From NCBI GenBank assembly GCA_022979955.1, contig GCA_022979955.1_3642.1: DNA of 64,000 bases; one strand, 5' to 3'. Below the pieces are notes generated by a model. That model had not been told where the DNA came from and did no database searches. It was given only the letters and a program-made list of their open reading frames with translations. This DNA comes from a phage. Below are positions 35,849-45,526 of the stretch, one piece after another. The position numbers and the translations under genes are program-made. Within the stretch, counting starts at the first letter, position 1; each line of letters opens with the position of its first letter.

Positions 35849-38164
35849 TTATAGTGCACAACTTTCGCAATACGGATCTTCAACTGAACTATCTGCAATC
35901 AAAGGATAGTTCTTTCTGGTTTCATCTTCAGCCTGTTTCTTGGCATGAAGTTCCTCTGCCAAGGAGTCCCCCGCACCAACCCTAGAGTTTAAATAATACC
36001 ATGTCTTCATTCCGAATTTAGTGGCACGGATAAGGTACCCTAGCTGCTCCTTCATTGAAATTTTACCATCTTTCAACTTGGTGTAGTCTATGTATAAATC
36101 CGCGCTGATTGCCTGACCTGTGAATTTTTGAATCACAGCATACATATCGATCATGTCGTTAGTATCAACGTCCCAAGCCGAAGTGTAATACTCTTTCAAC
36201 TCATCATAGTCAGGAACGATAAACAGCACCTGCCCTTGTGGCGATTTTTTAAAGATAATGTGCTCACGAACAGGATAAACCCCATTAGTGGTGTTTGTTG
36301 CCAGCGAAGAGCTTTCATTAGGCATATATGCTTCAAGAACGCTATTACGTAGCCCACCATTTTCAATGATTTCTTTACGTAACCCTTCCCAATCCTGTTT
36401 AAGAGAAGGATCTTTCACCACACTATCGACCTCTTTGTTATAGGTGTCGATTGGTAACCAACCTTCTGGATATTTTGTTTTATGCATCCACTCGCAGACA
36501 CCACGCTCTTTTGCCAACCGTAAACTTGCCTTATGCAAGCTGTAGCTGTGAAGTTCTGCAAGATCGTGAACAAGCTGTTTACTTTCAGGAGATCCGTAAG
36601 TAACCTTGTGGCTGGCAATAAAATGTGCAACATTGGTAAGGCCAACCCCGATGGATCTGCGTTTTTTAACAGTGCTCTCCATATTTTCATACGGATATGT
36701 CATGATTTCCATAACATTGTCAATCATAAGCACCGTGTAGTATGCAACATCCTCATACTCCTCTGGGGTAACCCTTCCAGCTACAAGAGATGACAGGAAG
36801 CACAATGCAACCTCACCATCATCAACATCGTACTTGAAGATATTACGCATATCTGAATAGCCTTTTGTCGGGAGGGCTATTTCTGCACACAGGTTACTTG
36901 AATAGATCACATCTTTAAAGGGTGTATGTCTATTCATCTCATCTGTCCAGTATACGTACAGCCTTCCCACCTCGGTACGCTGCGTGATCAGCTCAACAGC
37001 AAGATCTCTAGCTCGGATCCATGTTTTAGGAATACTGTCATCTTTAGCGATACGATCAACCTCTGCATCAAACTCCTCCATAGACATGGTGAAGATACCC
37101 TCATGCAGTTGAGGAGCGTGCTTATAAGAAACAAGCATCCAATCTAAATTCTTAGCCACACGGTTGATAAACGACCTATTAATACCGATGGAGTAGTCCA
37201 TGGTGTTGATTCTTTTTGAAGCAACAGTCATAGGGTTTCTCAAGCGTATTAGCTCATCAATCTGCGGGTCTAGTGCAAGGAATGATACTGTTGCAGAACC
37301 GCCACGTGATTGTTGCCTGTTCTCCTTAACCCCAGCGTCAATACCTCGATAATATGGAATCTTACCCATGTGTTTAATAGTGTTACCACGAACACCATCG
37401 CCTGCAGATCTTGATGATAGATAGTAGCCGATACCTGCTTGGTTAACCGTCATTGTGTACGCAACTTCACGTGCCACACCAATAGATTTTGCTGTATCGT
37501 CAGCTTTTATTACACAACAAGATGCATACCCTGTCTTACCTGTGCGCAGCCCGTTTAAGTATGGTGTCGGGGCATTGATCTTTAGGTCGGACAGATAGGT
37601 GTATAATTTTACAACATCGTTGATACGACGTTCTTTCGGCATATTCTTCATGACAGCCATTGCTATCCCCATAAACATCATCTGGGGAGATTCAAACAAG
37701 GTGTCTTTAAGAGTATCCTTGATCCCGTATTTGTCGCGAAACTGTTTAAGTACTGCATAGCCATAACCGAGATCTTTACTGTGGTCAATAACAGCTCCTA
37801 AAGTGTTTAGCTCGGTAAAGCTATAACCCATATCCTCCCAATACCCTTTCTCAACCATGGTATTGTAAAATGATGGTAAGGAAGGGATCTTTGTAAACCC
37901 TCCAAAAGCCTCTTTATAAATCTGACCAATAAGAACACGACCAGCCATACGGGAATGTGCTTCGTCTTTACGGCTAACACAGGAGTCTATGATAGCTTGG
38001 TTAACTTCTTTGGTTGTACATCCATCATACAGTCGTTTGTATGCATCCAGTGCAATGTGTGACCAATTGCCGTTACCGTCGTCACCGAAAATAGCTGCCT
38101 TATTTAAACGTTCTGGATCGAATGCCACTTCACATCCGTTGCTTTTAATTACCTTGGTGATCAA
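35849..38164 (-). CDS. nrdA: ribonucleotide reductase class Ia alpha subunit (TTG start)
   Basis: 771 aa; N-terminal ATP cone ITKVIKSNGCEVAFDP; start codon read as TTG preceded by GGAGGA SD. Confidence 0.85.
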   Translation of the reverse strand: MITKVIKSNGCEVAFDPERLNKAAIFGDDGNGNWSHIALDAYKRLYDGCTTKEVNQAIIDSCVSRKDEAHSRMAGRVLIGQIYKEAFGGFTKIPSLPSFYNTMVEKGYWEDMGYSFTELNTLGAVIDHSKDLGYGYAVLKQFRDKYGIKDTLKDTLFESPQMMFMGIAMAVMKNMPKERRINDVVKLYTYLSDLKINAPTPYLNGLRTGKTGYASCCVIKADDTAKSIGVAREVAYTMTVNQAGIGYYLSSRSAGDGVRGNTIKHMGKIPYYRGIDAGVKENRQQSRGGSATVSFLALDPQIDELIRLRNPMTVASKRINTMDYSIGINRSFINRVAKNLDWMLVSYKHAPQLHEGIFTMSMEEFDAEVDRIAKDDSIPKTWIRARDLAVELITQRTEVGRLYVYWTDEMNRHTPFKDVIYSSNLCAEIALPTKGYSDMRNIFKYDVDDGEVALCFLSSLVAGRVTPEEYEDVAYYTVLMIDNVMEIMTYPYENMESTVKKRRSIGVGLTNVAHFIASHKVTYGSPESKQLVHDLAELHSYSLHKASLRLAKERGVCEWMHKTKYPEGWLPIDTYNKEVDSVVKDPSLKQDWEGLRKEIIENGGLRNSVLEAYMPNESSSLATNTTNGVYPVREHIIFKKSPQGQVLFIVPDYDELKEYYTSAWDVDTNDMIDMYAVIQKFTGQAISADLYIDYTKLKDGKISMKEQLGYLIRATKFGMKTWYYLNSRVGAGDSLAEELHAKKQAEDETRKNYPLIADSSVEDPYCESCAL

Positions 38165-38469
38165 TTTGCTTCCTCCACTTCATTAACGTATTTATCAAGG
38201 CAGGTATCAGTATTTTGCTGTATAAAGGTATCCTCTTCTACAGAGATATTTATAATTTTACCTGTATACTCGTCATAATAAACATCATCATACATTTTAA
38301 TATCGTTTGTCAGACCGTTGAACCAAAGCCAACCAACATATTCTGCCCGACTTGCAAAACCAAGATCCTTCCACTTGGAGTTATGACTCATCTTCACCAC
38401 CTTAGCTTTCAATACCGAATAATTTTTCCAGGCGATGCAGATCTTCAAAATTGAAAGGTTCATCAACAA
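38161..38469 (-). CDS. hypothetical protein
   Basis: ORF track. Confidence 0.45.
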   Translation of the reverse strand: MLMNLSILKICIAWKNYSVLKAKVVKMSHNSKWKDLGFASRAEYVGWLWFNGLTNDIKMYDDVYYDEYTGKIINISVEEDTFIQQNTDTCLDKYVNEVEEAN

Positions 38470-38902
38470 TATGAATATCTTCAGCCTTTTCAGATTGTTT
38501 TGTATACTTTCTTACATTAACACGATCTTCTACAGGGATATCATACGGGAGATCTTGAACAAGCATTGCCTCACCAGGTGCTTTATCTACATCTAAAATA
38601 TCTACACCGTTATACATTTGTGGGTATCTAAAGTCTGCACGCATGACACCAGCAAATACATCTGCCTTTCGATAATGTGTTGGCTTATTTTTGCATCGAA
38701 CGTTTTTTCCACGAAGAACATCAATACTTTTTAAATCAAACCCTACGGCAAAGAGTGCAGCTCGGAGACCGTTTCGTGTGCGAACGTTAAACCCGGGGAC
38801 GGTAGATAGAAAATCTAAAGTAACTGAAATAAATGTCTTTTTAGGAATCATAACATTACTCATATCTGTCTCCATTTCTGGCTCACCAACAAAGTGAGCC
38901 AT
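38402..38902 (-). CDS. hypothetical protein
   Basis: ORF track 166 aa. Confidence 0.45.
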   Translation of the reverse strand: MAHFVGEPEMETDMSNVMIPKKTFISVTLDFLSTVPGFNVRTRNGLRAALFAVGFDLKSIDVLRGKNVRCKNKPTHYRKADVFAGVMRADFRYPQMYNGVDILDVDKAPGEAMLVQDLPYDIPVEDRVNVRKYTKQSEKAEDIHIVDEPFNFEDLHRLEKLFGIES

Positions 38903-38961
38903 TATTATAGATTATCTAATACTATTAGTCAACACAAAAGTTACCTATCGCTGTGATAGGA

Positions 38962-39945
38962 TTAACCTTTCACGAAGTGGTTATTAAGCAGTTGTCTGTG
39001 CTGAACCCACCCACAAAAGTTGGCAGACCAGAATTTACCATCACGGTCTTGATGGGTTACACCTTCCTGCCAAGTACTGATGTCTTGTGTGATTTCACAT
39101 GAAGACAGGTAGTAGTTTAAACGTTCCATTGCGTTATCGTGATCCATAGGTGTTGCCTGGTGCTCGTAAGGGCTTGCATGAATACGATCCCCACCAATCA
39201 ATTTTTTAGCCACACTATCTGCCTTTTCAAACGTGCTGTCAATATTTCGATAAGATACTTGTGCACAGCAACTAGCACTGATAGACAGAGCTTCTTTAGT
39301 ATCGAGAATGCAGAGCTTTCCTTCTGTGTCACGTACAGCGTAGTTAAACTCTCCGTCCAAATAAACGTGCTCTACATATGGGGTGTGCCATTGACCCGGT
39401 TTAAGGATTTCAGGAGTGCTATTCTCAAGAGCCTCCCACATACAATTAGCTAACATCTGAATCGTAGGATCCGCATCGTGCCAGCAACGGAGGTGGAAAA
39501 AATTATTCCACTCGGTGCTTGTTACAACTGTTTTCATGCGCTGGAACGGCTCCACTAAGCGGTTACATACTTGCTTATGGTAACCAGCAAGGGCGAACTT
39601 CTCTGCATGCCAAGCGGCGTTTTTTGCAGCTTCTTTCCAAAACTCTTCAGGAGTTAGCTCCATGTCAGTGTACTCTACACGGATCTTTTGATCGTGTTCC
39701 CCACCATCTTCCATTCCTCGCTTATTTACACCGAAGCGAACTGGCATTGCCGGATTCTCCACAATCTGTTGCAGCATCTTGCCGACAGGTACTGCACGGG
39801 AAGACATGGCGTTTCGGCTGAACACTCGGTGCGTCATAAGCTCTGAGTGAATAATTCGAGGATACTCTAGTTCAAAAGTGGTGATACGCTTACCTTTCTC
39901 GGAAATGCTGTCAGCAATAATCTTTGCAGTGCACAGTTTTAGCAT
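38962..39945 (-). CDS. thyX: flavin-dependent thymidylate synthase (ThyX)-like protein
   Basis: THRVFSRNAMSSR resembles ThyX motif RHRx7S; placed in dNTP-synthesis module; longer than typical ThyX. Confidence 0.45.
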   Translation of the reverse strand: MLKLCTAKIIADSISEKGKRITTFELEYPRIIHSELMTHRVFSRNAMSSRAVPVGKMLQQIVENPAMPVRFGVNKRGMEDGGEHDQKIRVEYTDMELTPEEFWKEAAKNAAWHAEKFALAGYHKQVCNRLVEPFQRMKTVVTSTEWNNFFHLRCWHDADPTIQMLANCMWEALENSTPEILKPGQWHTPYVEHVYLDGEFNYAVRDTEGKLCILDTKEALSISASCCAQVSYRNIDSTFEKADSVAKKLIGGDRIHASPYEHQATPMDHDNAMERLNYYLSSCEITQDISTWQEGVTHQDRDGKFWSANFCGWVQHRQLLNNHFVKG

Positions 39946-40145
39946 TATTTAGCTCTCCTTGTTTTAATTTTGGAAATTTCGTCTGGGTTTATGTTGGCCT
40001 TAAATGCAAGGTATCTGTTGAACATGTCAGAGCACATATCTTGGGTGATCCTAGAGGCATACACTAGCTTACCTCCTAGATCATACACCTCTAGCCAGTC
40101 ACCGTATCTGACTACAGGATCGCCACCTTTAGAACATCTGCCCAT
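39945..40145 (-). CDS. hypothetical protein
   Basis: ORF track. Confidence 0.4.
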   Translation of the reverse strand: MGRCSKGGDPVVRYGDWLEVYDLGGKLVYASRITQDMCSDMFNRYLAFKANINPDEISKIKTRRAK

Positions 40146-40146
40146 T

Positions 40147-40740
40147 TCAAATACCTTCTAAAAATTTTCCTATTTTATACCAGCTATTAGCGGTATAGTC
40201 AACACTGACCTTTAACTCCTCGAATTGCTCATAAGGCGTATCTTTTAGGATTTTAATAACTTCAGGTCGTGAAGCGAATTGGTTCAGGTATTCATGCCTG
40301 TCGTCAATTATAACATCTACAGCCACATTCCCTTTGAAATGTGTGGCGTAGAAGCCGTGGCCCTGGGTGTGATCGTCCAGATCCATAAAATCACTGGTCC
40401 AACGCTTTAAGAACCTTGATTTAGATGCAAGGTGACCTTTCTTGCATACCGAGATAAATGCAAGCTTGTGACCACGAGCCACCAAATCTTTCATAACCTC
40501 AATAGCCCCCTCTTCAGGCTTAAGGAAGTCGTAGAGGAACGGATCACTCCAGAAATCAAAAGGTCCTATGATGTTTTCTTTGGGACGATCAGGCCAATAC
40601 TTTGACAGATCGTAATACATTAGCCCATTAGAAGGTTTAGCTACTGTCTTACTGGCTGGACCATACAAACGCTCCAACCACTCCCACCATGCTGTTCCTG
40701 AATCTACCAGTGTCAGATCTACATCAATTCCGATTAACAT
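40147..40740 (-). CDS. HAD-superfamily phosphatase (5'-deoxynucleotidase-like)
   Basis: N-terminal IGIDVDLTLVDS (DxDxT) motif. Confidence 0.55.
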   Translation of the reverse strand: MLIGIDVDLTLVDSGTAWWEWLERLYGPASKTVAKPSNGLMYYDLSKYWPDRPKENIIGPFDFWSDPFLYDFLKPEEGAIEVMKDLVARGHKLAFISVCKKGHLASKSRFLKRWTSDFMDLDDHTQGHGFYATHFKGNVAVDVIIDDRHEYLNQFASRPEVIKILKDTPYEQFEELKVSVDYTANSWYKIGKFLEGI

Positions 40741-41348
40741 TCTTCTTGGGCCTCTTTAGCATCAATATACTTGCACACAATCTCCGATGCACACTCCCAA
40801 GGTGCACCTTCAGGGTTTACAACATCAAACTCAACCCCTTTTATTCCGTTCTTTTCCAGACTTAGATAGGTTCTGGAATCATTTCCCCAGTCATATCCTA
40901 CACGGTGAATACGGAACAACAACAGATCTCCACCTGTGCTGTATGCGTACTCGCTAAGGCATGCCAGCTCCTCTTTGAATCCCCCATCGGAGTAAACAAT
41001 AACCCCTTTACCTTCAGGGAAATCTTTCTTCAAAGATGCGACTGCGGCTTTACCGAAAGCATCTTCACCAAAGATAGGTTTAATCAGATTTTCACTACAA
41101 TGGATCATCCATTCTCGCGGAGAAACATGCTTGCCGTCTATCATTAAGAAAGGGCAAGGCTCTTCTTTGTAGTGGCGGTCATAAAGTGCATTCCAGAGTT
41201 GAGGAGTTACACCAGCTGCCTTAATTGCCACACTGAAGAGCATTTCCTTAACCTCACGGTGGTGTGAGTTAGGAATAGCTTCCAACAAGAGATCTGCAAT
41301 GTGATCCTTACCACTGCTGGGTGGGGCGTTAAGAACAATAATATCCAT
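40734..41348 (-). CDS. P-loop nucleotide kinase (dNMP kinase-like)
   Basis: N-terminal P-loop NAPPSSGKD; size about 200 aa; context. Confidence 0.45.
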   Translation of the reverse strand: MDIIVLNAPPSSGKDHIADLLLEAIPNSHHREVKEMLFSVAIKAAGVTPQLWNALYDRHYKEEPCPFLMIDGKHVSPREWMIHCSENLIKPIFGEDAFGKAAVASLKKDFPEGKGVIVYSDGGFKEELACLSEYAYSTGGDLLLFRIHRVGYDWGNDSRTYLSLEKNGIKGVEFDVVNPEGAPWECASEIVCKYIDAKEAQEEC

Positions 41349-41551
41349 TAAAAACCTCCGTGGTATTCTTCAACTGCATCAATAATACTTTTACACTTAT
41401 CTACCAGCTCGTTAGCCACTACAGCATCGTCTTCCCAAACAGCCTCCTCAATCTGATCAAGCAATGATCGCATCTTACTCATCATTTCTGGGATAAAGTT
41501 TTCTGAAAAGCTGTCTGGAATTGTTAACTCTAGTGTCATTTCGGTCTCCAA
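41348..41551 (-). CDS. hypothetical acidic protein
   Basis: ORF track. Confidence 0.4.
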   Translation of the reverse strand: METEMTLELTIPDSFSENFIPEMMSKMRSLLDQIEEAVWEDDAVVANELVDKCKSIIDAVEEYHGGF

Positions 41552-41566
41552 TCATACTATGCGTTA

Positions 41567-42025
41567 TTAGAAGTTTGTTTTTACACGTCCCTTCTCATCA
41601 ACCTCGTTGTTAGCTAAAAGCGTTACAAAGTCTGTGAAACGAACATGAAGAACCCTTTTCTTATCAAGGTATCCTAAAGCCACCCCTGAGAAATTTAGCA
41701 TCAAAGGGGCTAAAGAAGCTCTGGCACTGAAATGCTGTTGTTCTACCCTTCCAACACCCTTAGTGTAGGATGGGTTAAGATTGTAAGTTCTGAATCCCAG
41801 TTTTGTTGGAGCTTTAGAATTAAAAACGACTTTATAGCGTTTCTTACTCAACTTATGCTCCAGGATAAGCATTCCCTTATCACCTTTGATAAGTTGAAAA
41901 TCTGTAAAGTGCTCTTTTAAGACGAAAGGTAGTGCCAGTCCCATCGCCTGTCCTCTTTGTACCGCTGTCTCACCAAAAGCTTTTGCATCAGTAAGTTCTT
42001 TGGTCAAGTCTATGCTTTTGATCAT
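41567..42025 (-). CDS. hypothetical protein
   Basis: ORF track; ATG verified. Confidence 0.45.
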   Translation of the reverse strand: MIKSIDLTKELTDAKAFGETAVQRGQAMGLALPFVLKEHFTDFQLIKGDKGMLILEHKLSKKRYKVVFNSKAPTKLGFRTYNLNPSYTKGVGRVEQQHFSARASLAPLMLNFSGVALGYLDKKRVLHVRFTDFVTLLANNEVDEKGRVKTNF

Positions 42026-42836
42026 ACCTGGTCTCCAAAATGTATTGTAGTTCTTTCTTACCTATACTCTTCATTCCAGCAGTCTTACCTGCTTCTTCTT
42101 GAAAAGAAGAATAGCATTCAGCAAACACTCTGTCAACACCGTTAACTAAAGATTTTATGAAATATGTTGATTCTTCAGATTTTGGGTCATCATCCCCCAA
42201 TACTTTTCCAGCATTATACCCAACACGTCTTACACAGAAGTCGTAGTCATCTGGTGTGCTAAAAGAAAATAACTTATTCTCTCCAATCTCTACAGGATCC
42301 CTATTGCACGCCTTTTTCTCCCAAATTTGGAAAACACATGGCACGTCATAAGGTTTGCCATTAAGTAAAAACGAATTCTTAGGGCACCTTTCGCTGTAGA
42401 CAAGGTGCATCGACATGTCCAGTTTGTTTGCAAAAAATATTTTTTCAAATGTCCGTGGCAAGATGAAGGCTATAGCCCCTCCAAGCTCTAGCAATGATGC
42501 ACAATGGTTAAAGAATTTGCAAGCTAAGGATGAATTCTTGCCAAATGGTGGGTTACCTATGAAGACATCTGCCTTGGGATGCACCTCCAAGAAGTTTGCC
42601 TGAATGCACGGTGTTGGTCCTTCAAATTCAGGATCTGGTACTAAATCGTACGACAGTATCTCTGAAAATAGTTTTGAAAAAGAACCCCTTCCAGCAGAAG
42701 GCTCAACGTATGCACAATTCCCATACTTATCTTTTACTTTACCAACAAGATATTCTGCATACTCAGGGTTTGTGTAGTATTTGTCGTTGGACTCTTTCTT
42801 GCTCAAAGTGCCTCCAAAAGGAAAAGGGAGGCGCAA
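41988..42836 (-). CDS. DNA N6-adenine methyltransferase
   Basis: motif I VEPSAGRGSF and motif IV VFIGNPPFG. Confidence 0.6.
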   Translation of the reverse strand: MRLPFPFGGTLSKKESNDKYYTNPEYAEYLVGKVKDKYGNCAYVEPSAGRGSFSKLFSEILSYDLVPDPEFEGPTPCIQANFLEVHPKADVFIGNPPFGKNSSLACKFFNHCASLLELGGAIAFILPRTFEKIFFANKLDMSMHLVYSERCPKNSFLLNGKPYDVPCVFQIWEKKACNRDPVEIGENKLFSFSTPDDYDFCVRRVGYNAGKVLGDDDPKSEESTYFIKSLVNGVDRVFAECYSSFQEEAGKTAGMKSIGKKELQYILETRYDQKHRLDQRTY

Positions 42837-42851
42837 GCCTCCCTATAATTG

Positions 42852-43835
42852 TTAGATTATCTGAATCAGGGTATTTTTCATTTCTTCTCTGGTGCGGATG
42901 TTGTTACGGTCACGAACAACAGATCCACAACCTTCGCAGCGGTATGTTTTAAATGCACTCAGTTGAGTATATGCCAAAGCTTCTTCCTCGTGAAGGTGTT
43001 CTCCACCACATCGTGGGCAACGAACCTTTGGCTCCTCGTCCTGGTAGTACAATGACATGTTTGGGTGCTGCTTAGCAAACGGGCGAGCCAGCAAATACAG
43101 TCCTTCCAGAGACAGGATATCACCAACATTATACTCCCGCATCTGTTTAAATGCCTCAAGATCGCCATGGACACACTTGATCCACATTTCAAATGTGTGA
43201 TCAATCAGTTTCTGTCGGGCCAGTTGGAAGTATTTGCATGCATACTCCAAAGTGTTTGCATTCAAACGGAATGCCTTCTTGATCATTTTAAGGGTGTCAA
43301 CCTCTTTGTAGGGGCTTGTTGGAGGCAACCCGTGAAATGCAAATCGTTGGTTGGCCCACCCGCAGTCAAAACCTGAATTGTGGGCTACTGCGACATCGCA
43401 TTTATCCAGATAATACCACAAATCCTGAATCAATTCGAGATCATTGTGAATATCCTCATCCCACATTTTGTAATCGGGAAGAGCGCAGTCAACCACACTA
43501 GGGCTGTCTAACCACTTACCTGCGAAAGTTAGCATATAAGGCATAACTTCAATACCACAGGTTTGAATGTTGGTCTTATAGTGCCCAAAGAACCAGCCGT
43601 TTGTTGGGGATGTCTCTGTATCATACACCCAAACTTTAGCGCCTTTGTGCTCTTCAAGGAAGCGCTCCGTTGCTTCTCCTACAATCTCTGACATATTCTC
43701 TTGTGCACGTTTAAGCTGTAGTCGGATCCAGCTCTCACGTGACTCACGACCTAAAAATTCACGAGCAATTTGTCTATTAGTGTATCCCTGTTGCTTTAGT
43801 GTTAAAATTTGCTCAAGAGTTAACTTTGTCATCAT
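42852..43835 (-). CDS. DEDD-family 3'-5' exonuclease with N-terminal HTH and C-terminal Cys-rich ribbon
   Basis: Exo I VYDTETS, Exo II VAHNSGFDCGW, Exo III YNVGDILSLEGLY; N-terminal TNRQIAREF; C-terminal CPRCGG...CEGCG. Confidence 0.6.
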   Translation of the reverse strand: MMTKLTLEQILTLKQQGYTNRQIAREFLGRESRESWIRLQLKRAQENMSEIVGEATERFLEEHKGAKVWVYDTETSPTNGWFFGHYKTNIQTCGIEVMPYMLTFAGKWLDSPSVVDCALPDYKMWDEDIHNDLELIQDLWYYLDKCDVAVAHNSGFDCGWANQRFAFHGLPPTSPYKEVDTLKMIKKAFRLNANTLEYACKYFQLARQKLIDHTFEMWIKCVHGDLEAFKQMREYNVGDILSLEGLYLLARPFAKQHPNMSLYYQDEEPKVRCPRCGGEHLHEEEALAYTQLSAFKTYRCEGCGSVVRDRNNIRTREEMKNTLIQII

Positions 43836-43847
43836 CGTTAAGATTCC

Positions 43848-44069
43848 TTAGTAAAACTGAAGAATGTCTTTTAAAGCGAAGTCACGATATTCGCCCTTGT
43901 CTACATCGAAGGCACGCATCAACCACTGCTCTTCTTTATGATACTCTGTAGAACCAAACCATAAATTAGGCTCAGTAACGCAGCGATCTGCAACAACACC
44001 TTTCCAGTTACGGTATTTCATCCTGATCAGGACCGAGTCGCAAGGATTGAATACCTTTTTCATCCCCAT
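43848..44069 (-). CDS. hypothetical protein
   Basis: ORF track. Confidence 0.4.
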   Translation of the reverse strand: MGMKKVFNPCDSVLIRMKYRNWKGVVADRCVTEPNLWFGSTEYHKEEQWLMRAFDVDKGEYRDFALKDILQFY

Positions 44070-44613
44070 AGAAATCTCTCTCCTCAGTTTTCTTTATAAA
44101 CTCCTGCATGTAGAACTCAATAGCCTCATGCTTGGTGCACTCCGGATTAATGACAAGATTGAGATCTGATTCTGCTCGTGCAATAATCGTAGCTTTAGAG
44201 CATCTCCTCAAGAATTTTGTCATATCATCTCTGTAGTTTTTGTGGAGCGGGAAGTCGCTGTAGTCTTTCTCCAAATAGTCAGCCATCCGGCGCAACGCCT
44301 CTGATAAACTGCAATCTGTATACTCGTTACAGTATTTCATCCAGTATTTAAGCACATACCCCTCAAAGGTATTAGTGCATTGAGACAAAACACCCCTGCA
44401 ACGACCAGTCAGATGATCATGATCTAAACAAGGCTTACGAAGTGGCTCGCACAAGATCGGATCAAGACCATCCTGCTCCTCTGACAATTCTTTTCGAAAG
44501 TTGGCTATGTCCTTAGAATCTTTTAACCACCCGTTATGAACTGGGGCTTTGACAGCTTTCTTTCTTATTTTACGCTTTGCGATAATCCCTCCAGATGAGC
44601 CCTGCCTATCCAA
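44008..44613 (-). CDS. endonuclease VII-type HNH nuclease (TTG start, overlaps RuvC-like gene)
   Basis: CLDHDHLTGRCRGVLSQCTN motif; first codon read as TTG; no in-frame ATG before motif. Confidence 0.4.
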   Translation of the reverse strand: MDRQGSSGGIIAKRKIRKKAVKAPVHNGWLKDSKDIANFRKELSEEQDGLDPILCEPLRKPCLDHDHLTGRCRGVLSQCTNTFEGYVLKYWMKYCNEYTDCSLSEALRRMADYLEKDYSDFPLHKNYRDDMTKFLRRCSKATIIARAESDLNLVINPECTKHEAIEFYMQEFIKKTEERDFYGDEKGIQSLRLGPDQDEIP

Positions 44614-45194
44614 TAAGCATCTGCGAGATCGGCCTTACCTTGTACCAAATTGATCCCGTCTAGGAACCCAGGTTCAGATACTTCGCAGGCCTTAACCATC
44701 AACTTTTTATCCATTGTAACAGGTTTCTTCACAGTATGCTCTTTACCTGTCTTTTTGTCAAGCTTTTTCTTCTCCTCAAAAGCAAGTTCTTCAGGAAGAT
44801 GACTACGAGCAAACTTTTTGGCAGTTGTTGGTGTCACTGTGTGGACCTTAAACAGGCCGTCATTTTCACAATCAGCTAAGGCATCCCAAAGCATAATTTC
44901 AAGACCGTAAAACAACCCAGCCAGTTCACGTGTGGCATCCCCGCGTGATCCAAAGGAAAGCCCTTCCATAACCACGGTGTCAATGTGATGCGTGTGGATA
45001 TAATATCTGACCTGTTTGCAGATCCAGTCAATACGCTCAGCAGCTGTTGCAAAAGAAACCGTCCCTGGTTTCTTCTCTTTTGCAGATGAGCTTTGAGTTC
45101 GTAACACAACCTTGTGAACAGGCTTTCCATCGTCCCATACAACGCAAGCTGTGTGTGTCAACGACTGGTCTATGGATAATAGACGCTCTCTCAT
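44565..45194 (-). CDS. RuvC-like Holliday junction resolvase
   Basis: N-terminal LSIDQSLTHTACVVW and HIDTVVMEGLSF resemble RuvC-fold catalytic segments. Confidence 0.45.
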   Translation of the reverse strand: MRERLLSIDQSLTHTACVVWDDGKPVHKVVLRTQSSSAKEKKPGTVSFATAAERIDWICKQVRYYIHTHHIDTVVMEGLSFGSRGDATRELAGLFYGLEIMLWDALADCENDGLFKVHTVTPTTAKKFARSHLPEELAFEEKKKLDKKTGKEHTVKKPVTMDKKLMVKACEVSEPGFLDGINLVQGKADLADAYWIGRAHLEGLSQSVK

Positions 45195-45526
45195 GCTTCC
45201 TCATCCTCCTCTCCTTCATCAGGAGCATAAGCCTTATCTTTGAACAAGACGAGAGAGCAAAGCTTAACATCTGTTTCCACACTGGTGAACATGCATAACC
45301 GCTCGCCCTCAATCAACTCACAATCCTCTTTTAAAACAGCAGACCATACACGGTCATCTGCGTAATCATCTGTGTACAGGATGTATGAAATGGTGTCATC
45401 TTCATACAACCGCCACATACCTGTGGCAACAACGAATGTATTTTTTGTTTTAAGGGCCCCTGTTGTATGATCATCCTCAAAAACAGCTTCCATAATTGCA
45501 CTATCTACAGAGTTTTTAGTCATCAA
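45191..45526 (-). CDS. hypothetical acidic protein
   Basis: ORF track. Confidence 0.45.
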   Translation of the reverse strand: MMTKNSVDSAIMEAVFEDDHTTGALKTKNTFVVATGMWRLYEDDTISYILYTDDYADDRVWSAVLKEDCELIEGERLCMFTSVETDVKLCSLVLFKDKAYAPDEGEEDEEA

